Of a stretch of DNA of 64,000 nt, positions 38,186-52,349 are shown piece by piece (positions within the stretch are counted from its first letter, which is position 1; each line of letters starts with the position of its first letter). The DNA is taken from the NCBI GenBank assembly GCA_964016885.1, contig OZ024743.1, positions 161,386,001-161,450,000 on the forward strand, written 5' to 3'. The notes beneath the pieces were generated by a model. That model had not been told where the DNA came from and searched no databases. It was given only the letters and a program-made list of their open reading frames with translations. Origin of the DNA: Eledone cirrhosa (taxonomy: Eukaryota). The position numbers and the translations under genes were made by a program.

Positions 38186-39369
38186 TGCTATATGTAGGAT
38201 GTGAGTGAGCATCAGTTTTGAGAGTCAAAGATGAATGGTCTCTTTGGTCAATATAGTCCCCTCTTATTTGTTATATATTTATGTTTATGTGTTTGTATAT
38301 CTGTGAAGGAAAGATAGGATTCATACATAAGTGTGTACTTGTGTATGTAATATAATTTACATAATCTCTTGATCTTCATAATATTTATTTAAAAGAGAGA
38401 TGGTAAAAATCATCACACTAGAAGGCATTACAGGATCTAATTTTATCTTGCTGAATTCTGAATTCATATCCTTTTGTGGTAGATAAAATAAGTAGCAGTA
38501 ATAAACTAAGTACGTTTTTCATTCTAAAAATTAGCCTTGTGCATTTGTATTTTGCATTAAAGAATCCAGTATTAATATATGTCTGCTTTATTTTAAAAAA
38601 AGTTAATCAAAGGAAAGAGATGGATAGTCCCTGTAATTTTTGTTGGCTGTCCTTGGCTAATTGGACAGTTGTAGGTCAGTGTATTGCAAGAAAACATGAG
38701 TGGTGATCTAGACAATTGTAGTTCAGTAAAGGAAGGATTGAACAAGTGCCTAGAAGGTGAAACATAGGATTGCATGGTGGATCTGGGAAGTGGAATATAA
38801 GATTGAATGCCGTATCTGGAAGGTGAGACAAATCAAGAGTGGGAAGGGGAAAAAGAGAGATGGATGGAGAGAGTAGACAACTAGTTGGTTCAGGAGAGCA
38901 GAGACAATTGTTGTACTGATAGAAAATATAGAGAGAAGAGATAGACTATGAACAAGAGGGTGTAATGCTTTGGTAAATAAATATTTGTTAATCAGTTGGA
39001 TGGTCTTCTTTTGGATGTGGTCTGTATGTGTGTAGTTACCATCCTATACATCTGAGTCACACTCCACTATAGATCATACATAAAATTTGTTGAGCAGTAA
39101 ATTAACAGAAATTATAGAGGAGCAGACAAATTGTCTTCATTTTTAATTCCAATATTCTATGTCATCTTATTCATATAATAATACAATAACTACCAATGAT
39201 ATATTGGGTCTCAGCAATTTTTTCTACAAGTATTGATCCCATGTTAAATAGGAAATCATTGTTTAACAATCATTGAGATATATTCTCCCTATACATGGTA
39301 TATCTTGGGTATATATCACAGTACATATATGTGGTACAATATATCAACACATATTATAATATAAGTATT

Positions 39370-39905
39370 AGGGCTGTTGCCATGATAAAATGGACCCAGT
39401 ACTCTCTGTAAAGTAGTTAATGTTGATAATGGCATCCAGCTGTAAAATCATGTCTAAAGGGTTGAGAGGACTCTTCAGTTACATCATGGAGATGACAAAC
39501 TCTCACTGCTGGTATTACAAAGATGCATTCAGTACACACTATAAAGTAGTTGGTGATAGAAGGGCATCCAACTACCGAAAGCTTACCAAACAAAAGGTCA
39601 AAGAAACTCTTTGATTATGTCAAATACATTACAACCTTCATAGTGCTGGTGCCTTATTAAAATGCACTCACTGCACACTGTAAAATGCGGAAATATATGT
39701 AAGCATGTTACAACCTTCAACCCAGCTAACAAGGAAAGCAGCCATCAAATGATGATGATGCTGTGTATCCCGATTTTTAGAATAGGCACACTGTCATAAG
39801 GGTTGACTAAAAAAGTTGGCATCAAGAAGGGCATCTGGCTGTAAAACATTCTCAAACCATCCCATCCAATCCCATGGCAGCATGGAATAGTCGACGTAGG
39901 AATGT
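39370..39905. repeat. Tandem ~135-bp RTE-tail-derived module
   Basis: Repeated gctggt...aaatgcac.cagtac..tctgtaaagt.gtt...ggcatcca; similar arrays at 36590-36780 and 60455-60770. Confidence 0.65.
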
Positions 39906-40973
39906 CAAAGAGGAGGGGGATTTTATATGGGGTGGGGAGCAATATATTACAACATGTATCACAATTTGTGTATGTGGTTCAAAATTCCAGTGCCATGCCC
40001 CCAAATGAAAAATTACCCCATTACATCTTTTCTTTCTTCATCAACTCTTTCTCCCATATTTCTCATTTTACTCCTCTCACAAACTCTTGTCATTTGTCCT
40101 CACTTCTCCCCTCCAACTTCTCACATTTCATTCCACTTTTGTATTCCTTCATTATTACGACAGTATTTGATACCATCAACTGATTGAAGAACAGTAAAAG
40201 AGTCAACTTGATTAAAGGTGAACATTTAATATGCTTAGATCCTAGTTTTTAACAGAGGATCACAAAATACATCAGCTTGATAAAGAAATGACAAACAACC
40301 CTGTTTAGTGTGTAGATGAAATTCGTAGATAAAGAAGGTATGTGTTTAGATCATACCAAAGAAGTTCCAAACTTCTTGAATATAGACTTCAAAAGGTTTA
40401 ACGTTGAATGTGGTAAAGACCAAAAGTTTCAAAGTGGGGACACAATGCCAGTGTCATGAGAGAAGTGGCCTTACTAGACATATAAGAAGTCTATGCTGGT
40501 TGGTGGGTGCAAATAATGGATTCACAAAAAATGCAGCGAAATCATTGACAGACTTACAAGGTTCCAGAAATTAGATACACCGGATTTACTAGAATAGCTA
40601 GCAACAATGGCAACCATGCATCAAAGACTATAAACTGCTCTTTGTTTCATAGAATTGATGGAGAAATTTTGTGAACCCAATGATATTGGTTTTAGGATTC
40701 ATGAAAGATAGATGTTTGTGTATTCTTGAATTGTCTTTCTTGGTGTATATATTTGTCCTATATTTCAGCTGCTTTGCACAATTTAATACCTTATTGAATT
40801 AGCTACCAGTGTAAAAACTATTAGTTATAAAGCCATTAGATACATATTTTTCTGGGTATAGGATTTCTGACAATGAATCCAACTAGGTTTCCAAGACATC
40901 ATATTTCCATATGTCCCAAGAGCGCCTCTACAACTCTGACAGGAGTTGAGGGCCTAAAGAAATATATATATAT

Positions 40974-41876
40974 ACTAGCAGTGGTACCCGGCGTTGCACG
41001 AGATAAGGTATTTTGGAACTCAGGCCGCCAAGAGACCTAAATGCATGCCTGGACAATATGTAAAGAAAATAAACCGAATACTCTGATGGCTGGATAATCT
41101 TTAAGATTTTCCTCGATGAAGAAGGAAAAATGTAGGTTTTCACCTAATGCGAGCCCTAGGGCATCAAGAAAATAAATTTTTTTTATGTGCCTAATATGCC
41201 TTGAAATTTTGGGAAAATTGGCTAGACGTAACGACTCAAAAAAGCCCTAAAAAGCTGAAAAAAATGAAGTTTTTCACCTAATGGGGGCCCTAGGCCATAA
41301 AAAAGTTGGATTTTCTTTGCTCACGGTATGAAGAAGAGACTGACTAATACATAGTTACAATTTCAAGGAAATCGGCCTGACATAACGCCTAAAAAAACTC
41401 ATAAAAAAGCTGAAAAAACGCAATTGTCACCTAATGAGGACCCTAGGGGATCAAAAAGTTGAATTTTGTATGTGCATAACACTCCCTGAAACATAAGTAA
41501 TGCACATGTAAAGTTTGAAAAACGTCGGTTGGGTACTTCTCGAGTTTTAGGGATTCAAACTCACAGTGACAGACACCCTCAGGGAAGTGACGTAATGCAG
41601 ACAGTCAGACATACAAACAGATATTATAAGGATGTGACGTTATATATATGTATCTATCTAAAAGGACAAAGACTAAGAATTATAGAGAGAGATCGCCTAA
41701 TGCAGTCTCTAGGGCATTGAAAATTTGAACTTCTTTTTGCTCAGAACACTCCCTGAAACATAAGTATTACATGTATAAAGTTTGAAAACAGTCGGTTGGG
41801 TGCTTCTCGAGTTTTAAGGATTCAAACTCACACACGCACACACAGACAGACATCCTCAGTTTTATGTATATAGATA
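40974..41876. mobile_element. Non-autonomous Helitron/Helentron-like element with internal tandem repeats
   Basis: Terminus tactagcagtggtacccggcgttgcacg; internal ~140-150-bp repeats (ttcacctaatg..gccctaggg); duplicated end segment; acagacagac..ttttatgtatatagat terminus. Confidence 0.65.
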
Positions 41877-44249
41877 TAATTACATAAAAATTTACACACA
41901 TACATGGATGCACATATTCATGTATGTTTGTATCTGAGGGTGTGTTAGAAATATAGTTTTAAAAAAGGCACCAGATGTTATCAAGTACTGAATTATTTTC
42001 CAAACATGTATAAACACAGCATAGAGTTACTTAGTAATAAATATTATGTATCAACATGTGACAATTGTTGTATACACCACTATTGAATACCTTACTCTTG
42101 GTAGTACATCTCTGCAGTATTTTCTTATTCCTAATACACCACACCTGCTACCTGATCATTTTGATCTTCATTGTCAATGAGGGAACCAATATATCATCAT
42201 TCAACCCAGTAGCCAAATCTCTAAAATCATATATTAGATAAGATAGTCCTTGGTACATAATGTCAAAAATGGGGACAGGATGGTCGTGGCTGCTTGATAA
42301 AGGCTGATCTGGTGCTAAGCAACAATACTACCAGCTCTGAGCCAATAAATAAGCCTGTTGTTTTGTGATTTGAGCCACTAAAAATAGCTACCAAATATTT
42401 CTCGAATCTCAACCTACTGTTTTAAAAAAACAGCAAAAGCAGAATAACACAATGGATAATGTTTCCCTAGATTCACTGTGTATGGATTAAACACAGAATT
42501 GTCTTGTTTGAATATTTTTGATCATAGGCTTGTTGGATCAGGACTTGTTTGGGAAAGATGAACAAAAGCAACAATTCTGTTAGATATAATAAAGCTGACT
42601 CATTTAAGACAGCTTCTGAAATGTTATCAATGTAAAACTTGTCATGCATTTGAGAAATTGTGGTTATGTGCAAAATGCAAACTCAACAGTCTACTGGTGA
42701 TATATTTGTATGTCCAAACTCTATTATATCCATAAGGTCAACATGTGGAAGAAATCATTCTTGCAAGTCCAGAGAATATAGTAGATGGATTAAAACTTTT
42801 AGCCTACTTCTTCAGCTTTCAAATTGTTATGGATTTCTTTAAACAAACTTTCCTCAGAAAACATTTAATTCTCCTTTTCTCTCTTATTTAAAATTGCTAA
42901 AAGTTGGTGGGTAGAGTTAGATTTCCATGAGAAATTTACTTGAATGTTTCAGGTGCTGAGATACTGATCGTATGTTTGTCATTAACTTTACGCAAGACAT
43001 CTTAATATTTTTATCCCAGTCTGTTTGAATTCACCTGATTTCGCTCCAATTTCATAGTTAAATTGTCAATAAAGTAGAGTTGCTGCAATTATGCATAATA
43101 AATATAATTTAAACTCTGTCAATATCCATCTGCCTCAGGTTCTAAATACAAATTGTCTTGCTTTAACATGTATCTAAATTTAAACTTCTGTTACGAAATT
43201 ATTTTAGATCCATTTCTTACGTTCTAAACACCAACCTAATAATGAAAAGTTAGTTATTTTACGGCAGTCCCTCTAAATCAATTGAAAAACATAGACAGTG
43301 CTTTTCATTAGAAATATCGCAATAAAAGCTAAACTCATCTCATGGAAAATTTTCTACTGAAAGAAAAATATCTCAGAAATTTTGAAAATTCAAATCATGT
43401 ATTTTGATTGCTGAAACCTAAATGAAATCCATGTTTGACTTGTTAAATTTGCTACTCAGACTTTTTTGTCAGATCACAAGATGTAAAAGGAAAGGAAGAC
43501 ACAACAGATTAAATATAGAATTCATTACAAGAGATTATCTGAACAAATCTGTAATAATTAAAGCTGAACAAATTGTAGAATAATCCAGAACGGTCAACAA
43601 TGAAAGAATCTCTTTGAAAGAACTAATGTTTAAGGCATGCAATGAGATAATGTTTAGACAGGTTAGGAAGAAAAGATATATCACCTCCAGTTGGTGGATG
43701 CCAAGCTCATATCCCATTGCTAGCATTTTCATATTTTTTACCAGAACACTTAATTCTACTGGAAAAGAAATATCAAAACTTTCTTGGAAAGTTGTTGTTT
43801 ATTATACTAGTGTTCAAGCCAAGAGAAGATTTATTTTTTAACTTCAGCATCTAGGCTTAAGCACAAAAAACCATGAGATGTGTTCAGCTATAAAATGTGG
43901 AAATATTGTTTTTATCATTTCAGTTGTCTTGATAGTAGAATCTGTAGAGTGGCAAACAATATGTCCTGCTGTATTTAGTTATGTGCCCTTGTGTTCTGAG
44001 TTCTAGTAGCACTCCCTAGATCAACTTTTCCTTTCAGCCTTCCAAACAAAAGAAACTGTTCATTAGATCAAACCAAGGAAACTGTGTTTCCATTGGTCTT
44101 TCAATTGCTGATATTATCTGTTGTTCATAACTCTTGCCAGAAGCATCACAGCTTTTCTGGTGACAAGTGACAGGATATAAACTCAGAATTCACAGAACTA
44201 GAACAGATAGCACAAAGAATTCCATCCAACTTTTTAACACTTCCACCAA

Positions 44250-44915
44250 CCCACTGTCCCTAGACTGGTGATACAGGTCGCAGGTGGTAAATAGGAATAT
44301 GGCTACCAGATATGATGGTTAGTTGCAATATAAGCATGCTACTGCTGGACCAACAGCAGTAAATTACTTGGAGAGATGGAGTAATGGGTGACACTGTTAG
44401 CTGCCAAAAAACTCTCACAAACCAGCGATGATGAGATGAGTAAAGACTACTTCTAAAAAACTTAGTCCTCGCAGGTCTAAAAAAAGTATGAAATTGGCTT
44501 GAATGAGACCAACAAAACACTGCAATATGGCAAGAAACAGTAAAGGCATCCATACAAATTCATCCTTCATATGGGATAACAAGGAATGCATTCAAGCCTT
44601 AGGTAGAGGCACTTGTTCGAAAATATATTGCAGTCTCCACCCAATGCTGCAAGAATTGGCAACGGGCCTGCAACCTCTCCAGGAAGGTGTGGGATGGAAG
44701 CACAAAGGTTATGTATCCCAAGACCCCAGAAAGGGTCCGGAAGGGAGCACCATTGACATTTAGTAACTGGAACATTACAACCCTTACAAGCAAAAAGCAG
44801 GAACTAGTGGAGGAGGTCAGATGCTACCGGCTAGATATAGTCAAAGTTTCCTCAACAAAGTTCCATACTAGCATTACCATTATATTCTGCATGGAACCAT
44901 CATCTAAACTATAAT
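44250..44915 (+). mobile_element. RTE (Rex3/Expander-like) 5' region with start of APE endonuclease
   Basis: LTFSNWNITTLTSKKQELVEEVRCYRLDIVKVSSTK matches WNVTSL.GK..ELV.E..RY.LDIVG. Confidence 0.7.
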
Positions 44916-45527
44916 AAAGGAAGGTCTGCAGGACTTCGTACGGTTTATTTCTTTTAATCCAGTTAGTAAAATAAGTTGGATTACTTTGAATAAATAATGA
45001 ATGAATATTACATAATTTATGTACTCAATTTCGTAAATAAAAATAATTTCGTAGAAATAAATAATTTAAAATTGACTTCTTTTCAAAGTTGCACTTCCGG
45101 TATATCGTCGCCAGCACCACCACCTCAACTACCATATATATAGAAAGAGAGAGTGTGTGATGAGAGAGATAGAGAGATTATGACTTTCTACACTTGACAC
45201 GTATGATTGTGCACATACATACATCTATATGTATGAGTATATAACTATAATCGCGCAAACACAAACTTACACTCTCACGGACATAATTCACACAAATACA
45301 CATACTTTCACACAAATATACATACATTCACACATATACTTTCACACAAATATACATACATTCACACAAATATTCATACATTCACACATATACATTTACA
45401 CAAACATACATACATTCACACTAACACACACATACAGTCACGATAGCGTTCGGTTTAATTGGAGATTGGAGGGTAAAACAAGTATAATGTTTTATTTATT
45501 AACTCTTTTTTTTAAAACTTATTTAAT

Positions 45528-45716
45528 ATAATTGTTTCTACTTTAGGCACAAGGCCAGCAATTACCCAGTGCATTACTGGTACTTTATTTTATCGACCCT
45601 GTAAGAATGAAAGGCAAAGTCAACCTCGGCAGGATTTGAACTAAGATCGTAAAGGGACGTAACTATGCTGGAAAGCATTGTGTCTGACCCTCTACCGATA
45701 CTGCCAATCCACCGCT
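45528..45716 (-). mobile_element. SINE family A
   Basis: Full-length reverse-complement copy. Confidence 0.9.
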
Positions 45717-45799
45717 TATTTAATATAATGGTTACAGAATGAACACACTAACAAATATAATATATACAAAGGAAAGGGAAAGGAAAAAGAGAAAGAGAA

Positions 45800-46385
45800 A
45801 AAATACACAAGCAAGTAATACATACATCTTAGACCCCATAGAACAAAATGCAGACGAAAGGGGTGAAAAAACGAGCTGCTACCAGAGCAAAAGATAGCAA
45901 TATTGAGAGGAGCACTGGGAAACCTATCTAATAATTTTTGAGGCAGCTGAACACGCTCGCAGCGTTACCTGGGGCGATGGCAAGGCTGAGGTGCTGGAAC
46001 AACCAAGTGCCCTCACGAGCATCACCAGTTACCTCTGTTTGGTGAGCCGCCAGTGAAGATAAGAACCTCGCTGTCAGTAGCCTGACTCCCCCAAACATCT
46101 CAAACGCCACAGGCTGGATAATGAAGTTAGCTGACAAAACACAGTATTTTAGGATTTTGTTCCGTTCAGCTGCGGATGATGTAGCTCTCGCCCTTACCGC
46201 TGCATCCAGAATGTGGGAAGAAGCAAAAGTGTCACTAACTGTGATGTCCCAGGTAAGGCACCTGCCTCTTGACCAGGAGCACAGAGTTAGACAGTCAAGT
46301 TTCTCATCAATTCAGGACAACCCAGATGGTTCCAAAATTGAGGGGATGTTTGCCCAGGCCAAAGCTCTTGAGTGGCAATAGGACA
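45800..46385 (-). mobile_element. CRE-like RLE retrotransposon 3' end
   Basis: LTWDITVSDTFASSH...AERNKILKY..FIIQPVAFEMFGG...WLFQHLSLAIAPGNAASV* (stop at 45928), then T-rich UTR. Confidence 0.82.
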
Positions 46386-46574
46386 GTGTGTGTATGTGCG
46401 CGTGCATGAGTTTGTCGGCGTTTTTAAATTAGAGACACGTGTGTGTGTGTCACTGTTTTTAAGTTAGAGACATATATGTGTGTATCCCTTTCCTTCCTTT
46501 TACACACATATACATTCACACAAACACATACACATTGCGTGATGGATGGATGAACAGAAGTCCCTCAAATTTAT

Positions 46575-47220
46575 ATTCATGTGAATGAAGTTCTACTGAA
46601 GCAGTTAGAGAAGTTTAAGTATCTTGGAGCCGTGTTCATGAGTTATGGAATGCAGGAGACTGAATTAAGTGCAAGAATTGCAAAATCTGATGCAGTAAAG
46701 CACCAGCCTCAGCATTCAGATGAAGTGGGGTAGGTGTAAAAGCCAAACTCGCTGTCTACCTGGTATTCCTCCTGCCAACTCTTACCAAGGATCATTAATC
46801 TTGAGTAATGACCAAAATACATTTGCAAATAAAAGTGGCAGAAATGGGATTCCTCCGAAGGGTCTTTGGAGTAACGTTACTCGATAAAGAGCATAGCTCA
46901 GAGACCAGAGAGTCGCTCCTGGTAGAGCCGCTATTTCTCCGAATTGAGAGATCACAACTCCGATATTATGAGCATGTGGTTAGAATGTCTCAGTAAAGAA
47001 TCACTAGATGCATTTTACTGGCAAAACCAACTGGCAAGAGACCCAGAGGTAGACCTTGAGCAAGATAGTTGGATAACATCCATGAGCTTGGCTGGTCACG
47101 CTTTGGGATCCAGCTGGATCAGTTAGAGATGTTTGCTACTGACAGACTCGCTGGAAGGAGTGTTTGAGAAGAACTCTGCCCCCACGACCCTCTCAGAAAT
47201 AAGTGGGTGAAGAAGAAGAT
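46575..47220 (+). mobile_element. RTE (Rex3-like) 3' fragment, (GAA)n tail
   Basis: EKFKYLGAVF, AEMGFLRRVFGVTLLDK, EPLFLRIERSQLR, GKRPRGRP. Confidence 0.85.
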
Positions 47221-47999
47221 ATTGTCAATTTACTTTTCAATTTACATATATCTATATGCATATATATTTGCGTATAATACCAATATGTACACCGAACGGC
47301 GGTTTTTCTGCTAGTTACATATAATTTATGTAGGATCAGCATTAAAAGATATACAATGTATGACATAAGTATTACCAGATATATGCACATATGAAAAACA
47401 CAGAGCTCAGTAATATTTTGATAAGCCACTTGGGGAGAGCATGTAATGAATTGACATACTGCTGTTAAAAATTATGGATGTAACATGAAATCAACACTTA
47501 ATTCTGTAAAATATATCACACACAGACATACACACATAGGACAGGCTTTCACAGAATTTCCTTTCATGAAATTCAACCTAAAGCTATTGTTTAGGACACT
47601 TTCCCAAAGTGTTGCACTGTTGAATCATACCTAGAAACATTGTGAAGCAAACTCCTTAACCACACATCTATGCCAGCACCCATTATAACCTGGAGGAATT
47701 AAATTAAACAAGTAGCTCTCATATGTTTCTGCCACATCTGCTATCTGAATCTACAATATCACCCTTATTTTGTCAATCTTGCAAGGCATGTAAGTTGTAC
47801 AATATAAACATTTACAAAGCAAGTGGGGCGATAGTGTAAAATTACACACACATGTATATCAGGTCCAAACACAGAGGAACCAAACTCCCACTGTCATCGC
47901 CTTCATCTCTCTTGCCCTCCCCGTCTTTCATTTTAATGAGCATATGGAGTCCGGCGGACAATAGAGAAGGCGAAACATTTACAGTCCAGTATATTATAT

Positions 48000-48282
48000 T
48001 GTCAACATTATGAGACATATAATATGTACAATGTCAACATTTCCTCACCAGTATATCTTGTCAACATTTACAAGTTAGTATGTATTGTGAATATTGTCAA
48101 CTTGTCAGCATTAAGAAACATGTAAACTTAAAGTATCATCTCCAAGCCAGCATATAATGTCAACATTGCCAAGAACACATGTAATGTCAATAACAGACAG
48201 GCATGTAGTATTGACATTACTTGGCTACCTGATAATGTTGACATTACATGACTATGCTGCTACCTAGGAATGATGACATTAC
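48000..48282. repeat. Cluster of TGTCAACATT motifs in palindromic arrangement
   Basis: Forward copies at 48000, 48032, 48059, 48095, 48103, 48158, 48185; reverse copies at ~48209, 48234, 48269. Confidence 0.85.
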
Positions 48283-48767
48283 ATTTGACCTGACAGAAAT
48301 AGCTGCCAAATTTCCTTCAAATCACATTACTCTCTGGAAAAAGGAGGAAGTGTGGATAATGTGGTCCTAGATATAGATTGTCTAACAAAATGAAAGGATG
48401 TTGTGGCTAGAATGCCTTTTATCGTAGGTCTGTAGCACCTAACAACAACAATATCCAGTGTTCAAATCTGACAGTTTTGATTAGTTATTGATATATATGA
48501 TATTCATTAAAAATATCATTTAAGTATTTAGGTGATAATCAATACCTAATTACTGACAGTTATGTCTGTTTGATTGTATTTCATGGTTTGTGTTTGATCT
48601 GTTCACTTCATCATAGTTCTCAATAAGAAGTAAATGTTTGCAGACTTCAGTTTTATGATCACACAAGTTTGTGTGGCAGCTTTTTTTTTTTAATATGTAT
48701 TTTATCTATTGTTATTACAAGTGTTTATCTGTGTTTTCGCCTAAATATAATATGAAACAGGAACTGA

Positions 48768-48958
48768 CTGGGGGGGATTGGCAGTATCAGTTGAAGGTCG
48801 GACGCATGCTTTCCAGCATAGTTACGTCCCTTTACGGTCTGAGTTCAAATCCTGCCACGGTTAACTTTGCCTTTCATCCTTACGGGGTAGATAAAATATA
48901 GTACCAGTAATGTACTTGGTAATTGTTGGCCTTGTGCCAAAAGTAGAAACAATTATTA
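48768..48958 (+). mobile_element. SINE family A
   Basis: Full-length copy with head, core and tail. Confidence 0.9.
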
Positions 48959-49164
48959 ATATGGTGACACGATAAAAAGCACCCAGTCCACACTGTAACA
49001 TGGTTGGTGTTAGGAAGAGCATACAGCCATAGAAACCAAGCCAAAATACAGATCCACATGTGCATGTGGTCTCCGGACCTCACTTGTTTAATAGTATGAC
49101 AAAGCATCTAACTGATGCAAGTGTGGAAAAATAGACCTTAAATGATGATGATGTTATATATATA

Positions 49165-52024
49165 ACACAAACTTCAAAAAACGAAACAATCACTTGATCA
49201 TCACTTGATCAGGGAAACAATCACTTGATCAGGGGAACATGCCAGCCAGATAGATTATATCCTTACTAGAAGATGTGACAGAGTGTCGGTTAAAACACTA
49301 AGTCCCTTCTCCGTGAGGAATGCACCTCCCAACATAGCCTATAGTTAGTGACCTCCTAGTCAGAACTAGATGTACTCGACGACAGAGGAGGACTACCCCA
49401 AGGAGAAGAATATGGAATCTGAAGGACCCCACAACCAGTGACAAATTGAAAAACATATTACTTGTTGTTTTTGACAGTAAGGAAGAGCAATTAGAGATGT
49501 ACAATATAGAGGAACAGAGGGAATTCTTGAAAGTTAACCTGCTAAAGGCAGCAGATGAAATTTGTGGCTGGAGCAGACCTATAGGCAGGAGGAGAGTAAC
49601 TTGGTGGTTGGGGAGACAATCAAGGCCAAAATGCAGGCTTGGAAAGTATGGCGGGATGGGAGAAGTAGAGAACACTATCAAATGGCCAGGAGAGAAGCTA
49701 GGAGACAAGTGTACCTTGCAAGAAGGAAAACATAGGATAGAAAGTTCAAACATGTTCTACAACGCGAGGACAAAAAATGTGAGGTGTTCAGGATTGCAAG
49801 ACAATGTGTCAAGGAAAACCATGTTATTGTCGGGGAGAAGTGTGTCCGTAATGATGATAGTGTACTTGCCCTCACTGATACTGATAAGAAGGTAGCTTGG
49901 AAGTGTCACGACGAGAGACTACTAAATGAGGAGAATAAATGGGAAAAAGATAGTCTGCCCCAAATCAATCCAATAGAGGGACCAGCAGTGCATGTTAGTG
50001 GTAGTATAATAAGTAAGGCAATCAAAGATATGAAGACAAGCAAGGCAACTGAGCCTTCGGAGATAGTTGCTGAGATGTTGAAAGCATCTGGAATGATGGG
50101 ACATACTATGGTCACCCGGATAGTAAACCAAGTAATGGGGTCATACCAAAGGACTGGCATAGCAGCATCACCATTAACTGCTACAAGGGTAAAGGAGATG
50201 CTCTAGATAGGGGAAACTATAGAGGCATTAAGTTAGTTGACCAGGTCATGAAGGTCACAGAAAGAGTTATAGCACAACTAATCAGAGATCCAATTAATCT
50301 AGATGAAATGCAGTTTGGGTTTGTTTCAGGTAAAAGTACTACAGATGCTCTTTTCCTTGTACGACAACTACAGGAGAAGTACCTAGCTAAAAGTAAACCT
50401 CTCTACTTAGCTTTTGTTGACTTGGAGAAAGCCTTTGACAGAGTCCCATGCCCCATTATCTGGTGGGGCCTTAGATAGTTAGGAATAGATGAATGACTTG
50501 TGAGAGCTATACAAGCCATGTATAAAGAAACAGTCAGCAAAGTTAGAATTAACAATGAATATAGTGAAGAATTTACCTTAAAAGTTATCAAGTTCATCAA
50601 GGCTCTGTCCTTAGCCCCCTCCTGTTTATTATTGCCCTTCAGGCTATAACAGAGGAGTTTAAGACTGGTTGCCCGTGGGAAATTCTATATGCAGATGATC
50701 TAACTCTCATAGCTGAATTTATGGCTGAACTAGAGAAGATATTCCAACATGGAAGCATGGCCTAGAATCAAAAGGCCTTAAAGTTAACTTGTCTAAGACT
50801 AAAGTTCTAGAATGTAGAAAGGAGAATAGAGCACAGGTGCCCTCTGGGAAATAGCCATGCTCAGTGTGTAGGAAAGGAGTAGGCAGGAATTACATTTTAT
50901 GTCCCAAATGCAAACTATGGGCACATAAAAGATGTAGTGGGATCACAGGTAAACTATCTAAGAATGTTCATTTTATATGTGGCCAGTGCTCAGGTGTAAT
51001 AAGTAGCAAGTGCCTACAGGATACTGCCCAGATGGTTCTATAGAAATAGTGGACACTTTCCGTTACCTGGGTGACAAAATCAGCAGTGGTGGAGGGTGCT
51101 CTGAAAGTACAGTAACCAGAGTTAGAATGGGATGGGAAAAGTTCAGAGAGCTTATACCGCTGTTGACTACAAAAGGTTTCTCTCTAAAAATGAAAAGTAG
51201 ATTGTATGATGCTTGTATTCAAACAGCAATATTAAATGGCAGTGAGACATGGGCATTGTGTGAAGAGGACCTGTGCAGACTGGAAAGGAACGAAGCATGC
51301 ATGCTCCGTTGGATGTGTAATAGTAACATACGTGAACGGCAAAGCATAAATGACCTAAGTGAGATATTAGGAATAAGAGGGATCAGATGCTGTTTACTTG
51401 AGAGAAGATTATGTTGGTATGATCACATGATGCGCATGAAAGACGACAGCTGTATAAAAAAGTGCAGGGTAATCAAAATTGATGGAAGTTATGGAGTGGG
51501 TAGACCCAAAAAACCTCGGACGACATGATAAATTCTGACTTTGCACACTTGCACCTCTCTAAGACAATGTCACTAGATCGAGATCTCTGGCGCCACGCAG
51601 TAATACAGATGACCTGCCTTCCCTACTTGCAAAGTTAACCTATAGACAGTAGTCCCCTACAAACCAAACATACATCCCAACCCACTACCCCTACTCCATT
51701 CTTCCACTCTCACCAACACCACCCCTTTCTCTATAAAGTTATGTTGGTACCACAACATCCAGTCCAAACTAATGAGGTCATGTAGGTGTCACGACAAAAA
51801 TAATACAGTCCACGCTGTAATATGGTTGTGTAGGTAACACTGGAAAAAAGATCCTAGTCCACACTCTAAATGTGGTTGGTGTTAGGAAGGGCATCCAGCC
51901 GTAGAAAACCTGCCAGATAGTCCTATACAAGCGAGACACGGTCACCCAACCAATCTTGCCTCAAGTGGGACAATTCCCGTCTAACCCATGCTAGCGTGGA
52001 AGATAGACATTAAACAATGATGAT
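49165..52024 (+). mobile_element. RTE LINE, ~2.9 kb, 5'-truncated, multiple stops and frameshifts
   Basis: NYRGIKL, QFGFVSGKSTTDA, AFVDLEKAFDRV, YADD, Cys-rich insert, DTFRYLGD, RRLCWY; 3' UTR and (gat)n tail. Confidence 0.95.
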
Positions 52025-52349
52025 GGTGTGTGTGTGTGTGTGTGTGTGAGACCGGGGTTGTATATTGAATTTTATTCAAAATGTTTATGTAAATAAGTAC
52101 ACTTGTAGCTTTGCTATAAGCACCCAGTCAACCCTGTGGATGCAGTGAGGATGAATCATGTCACCCTATGACACCTATTTACTCCTAACTTTCTTTAGAG
52201 TTATGTATTGGTACATATCTGCAGTTAGAAGAACTGTGCTGTTGACAGTTGTCTTCCCATGAGCTCAGTGCAGTGAGAATGAGAGTATCCAAACCATTGA
52301 TCTTTCTTGATTATTCACCTAACACACCAACTCAGCCATCTATATATTC

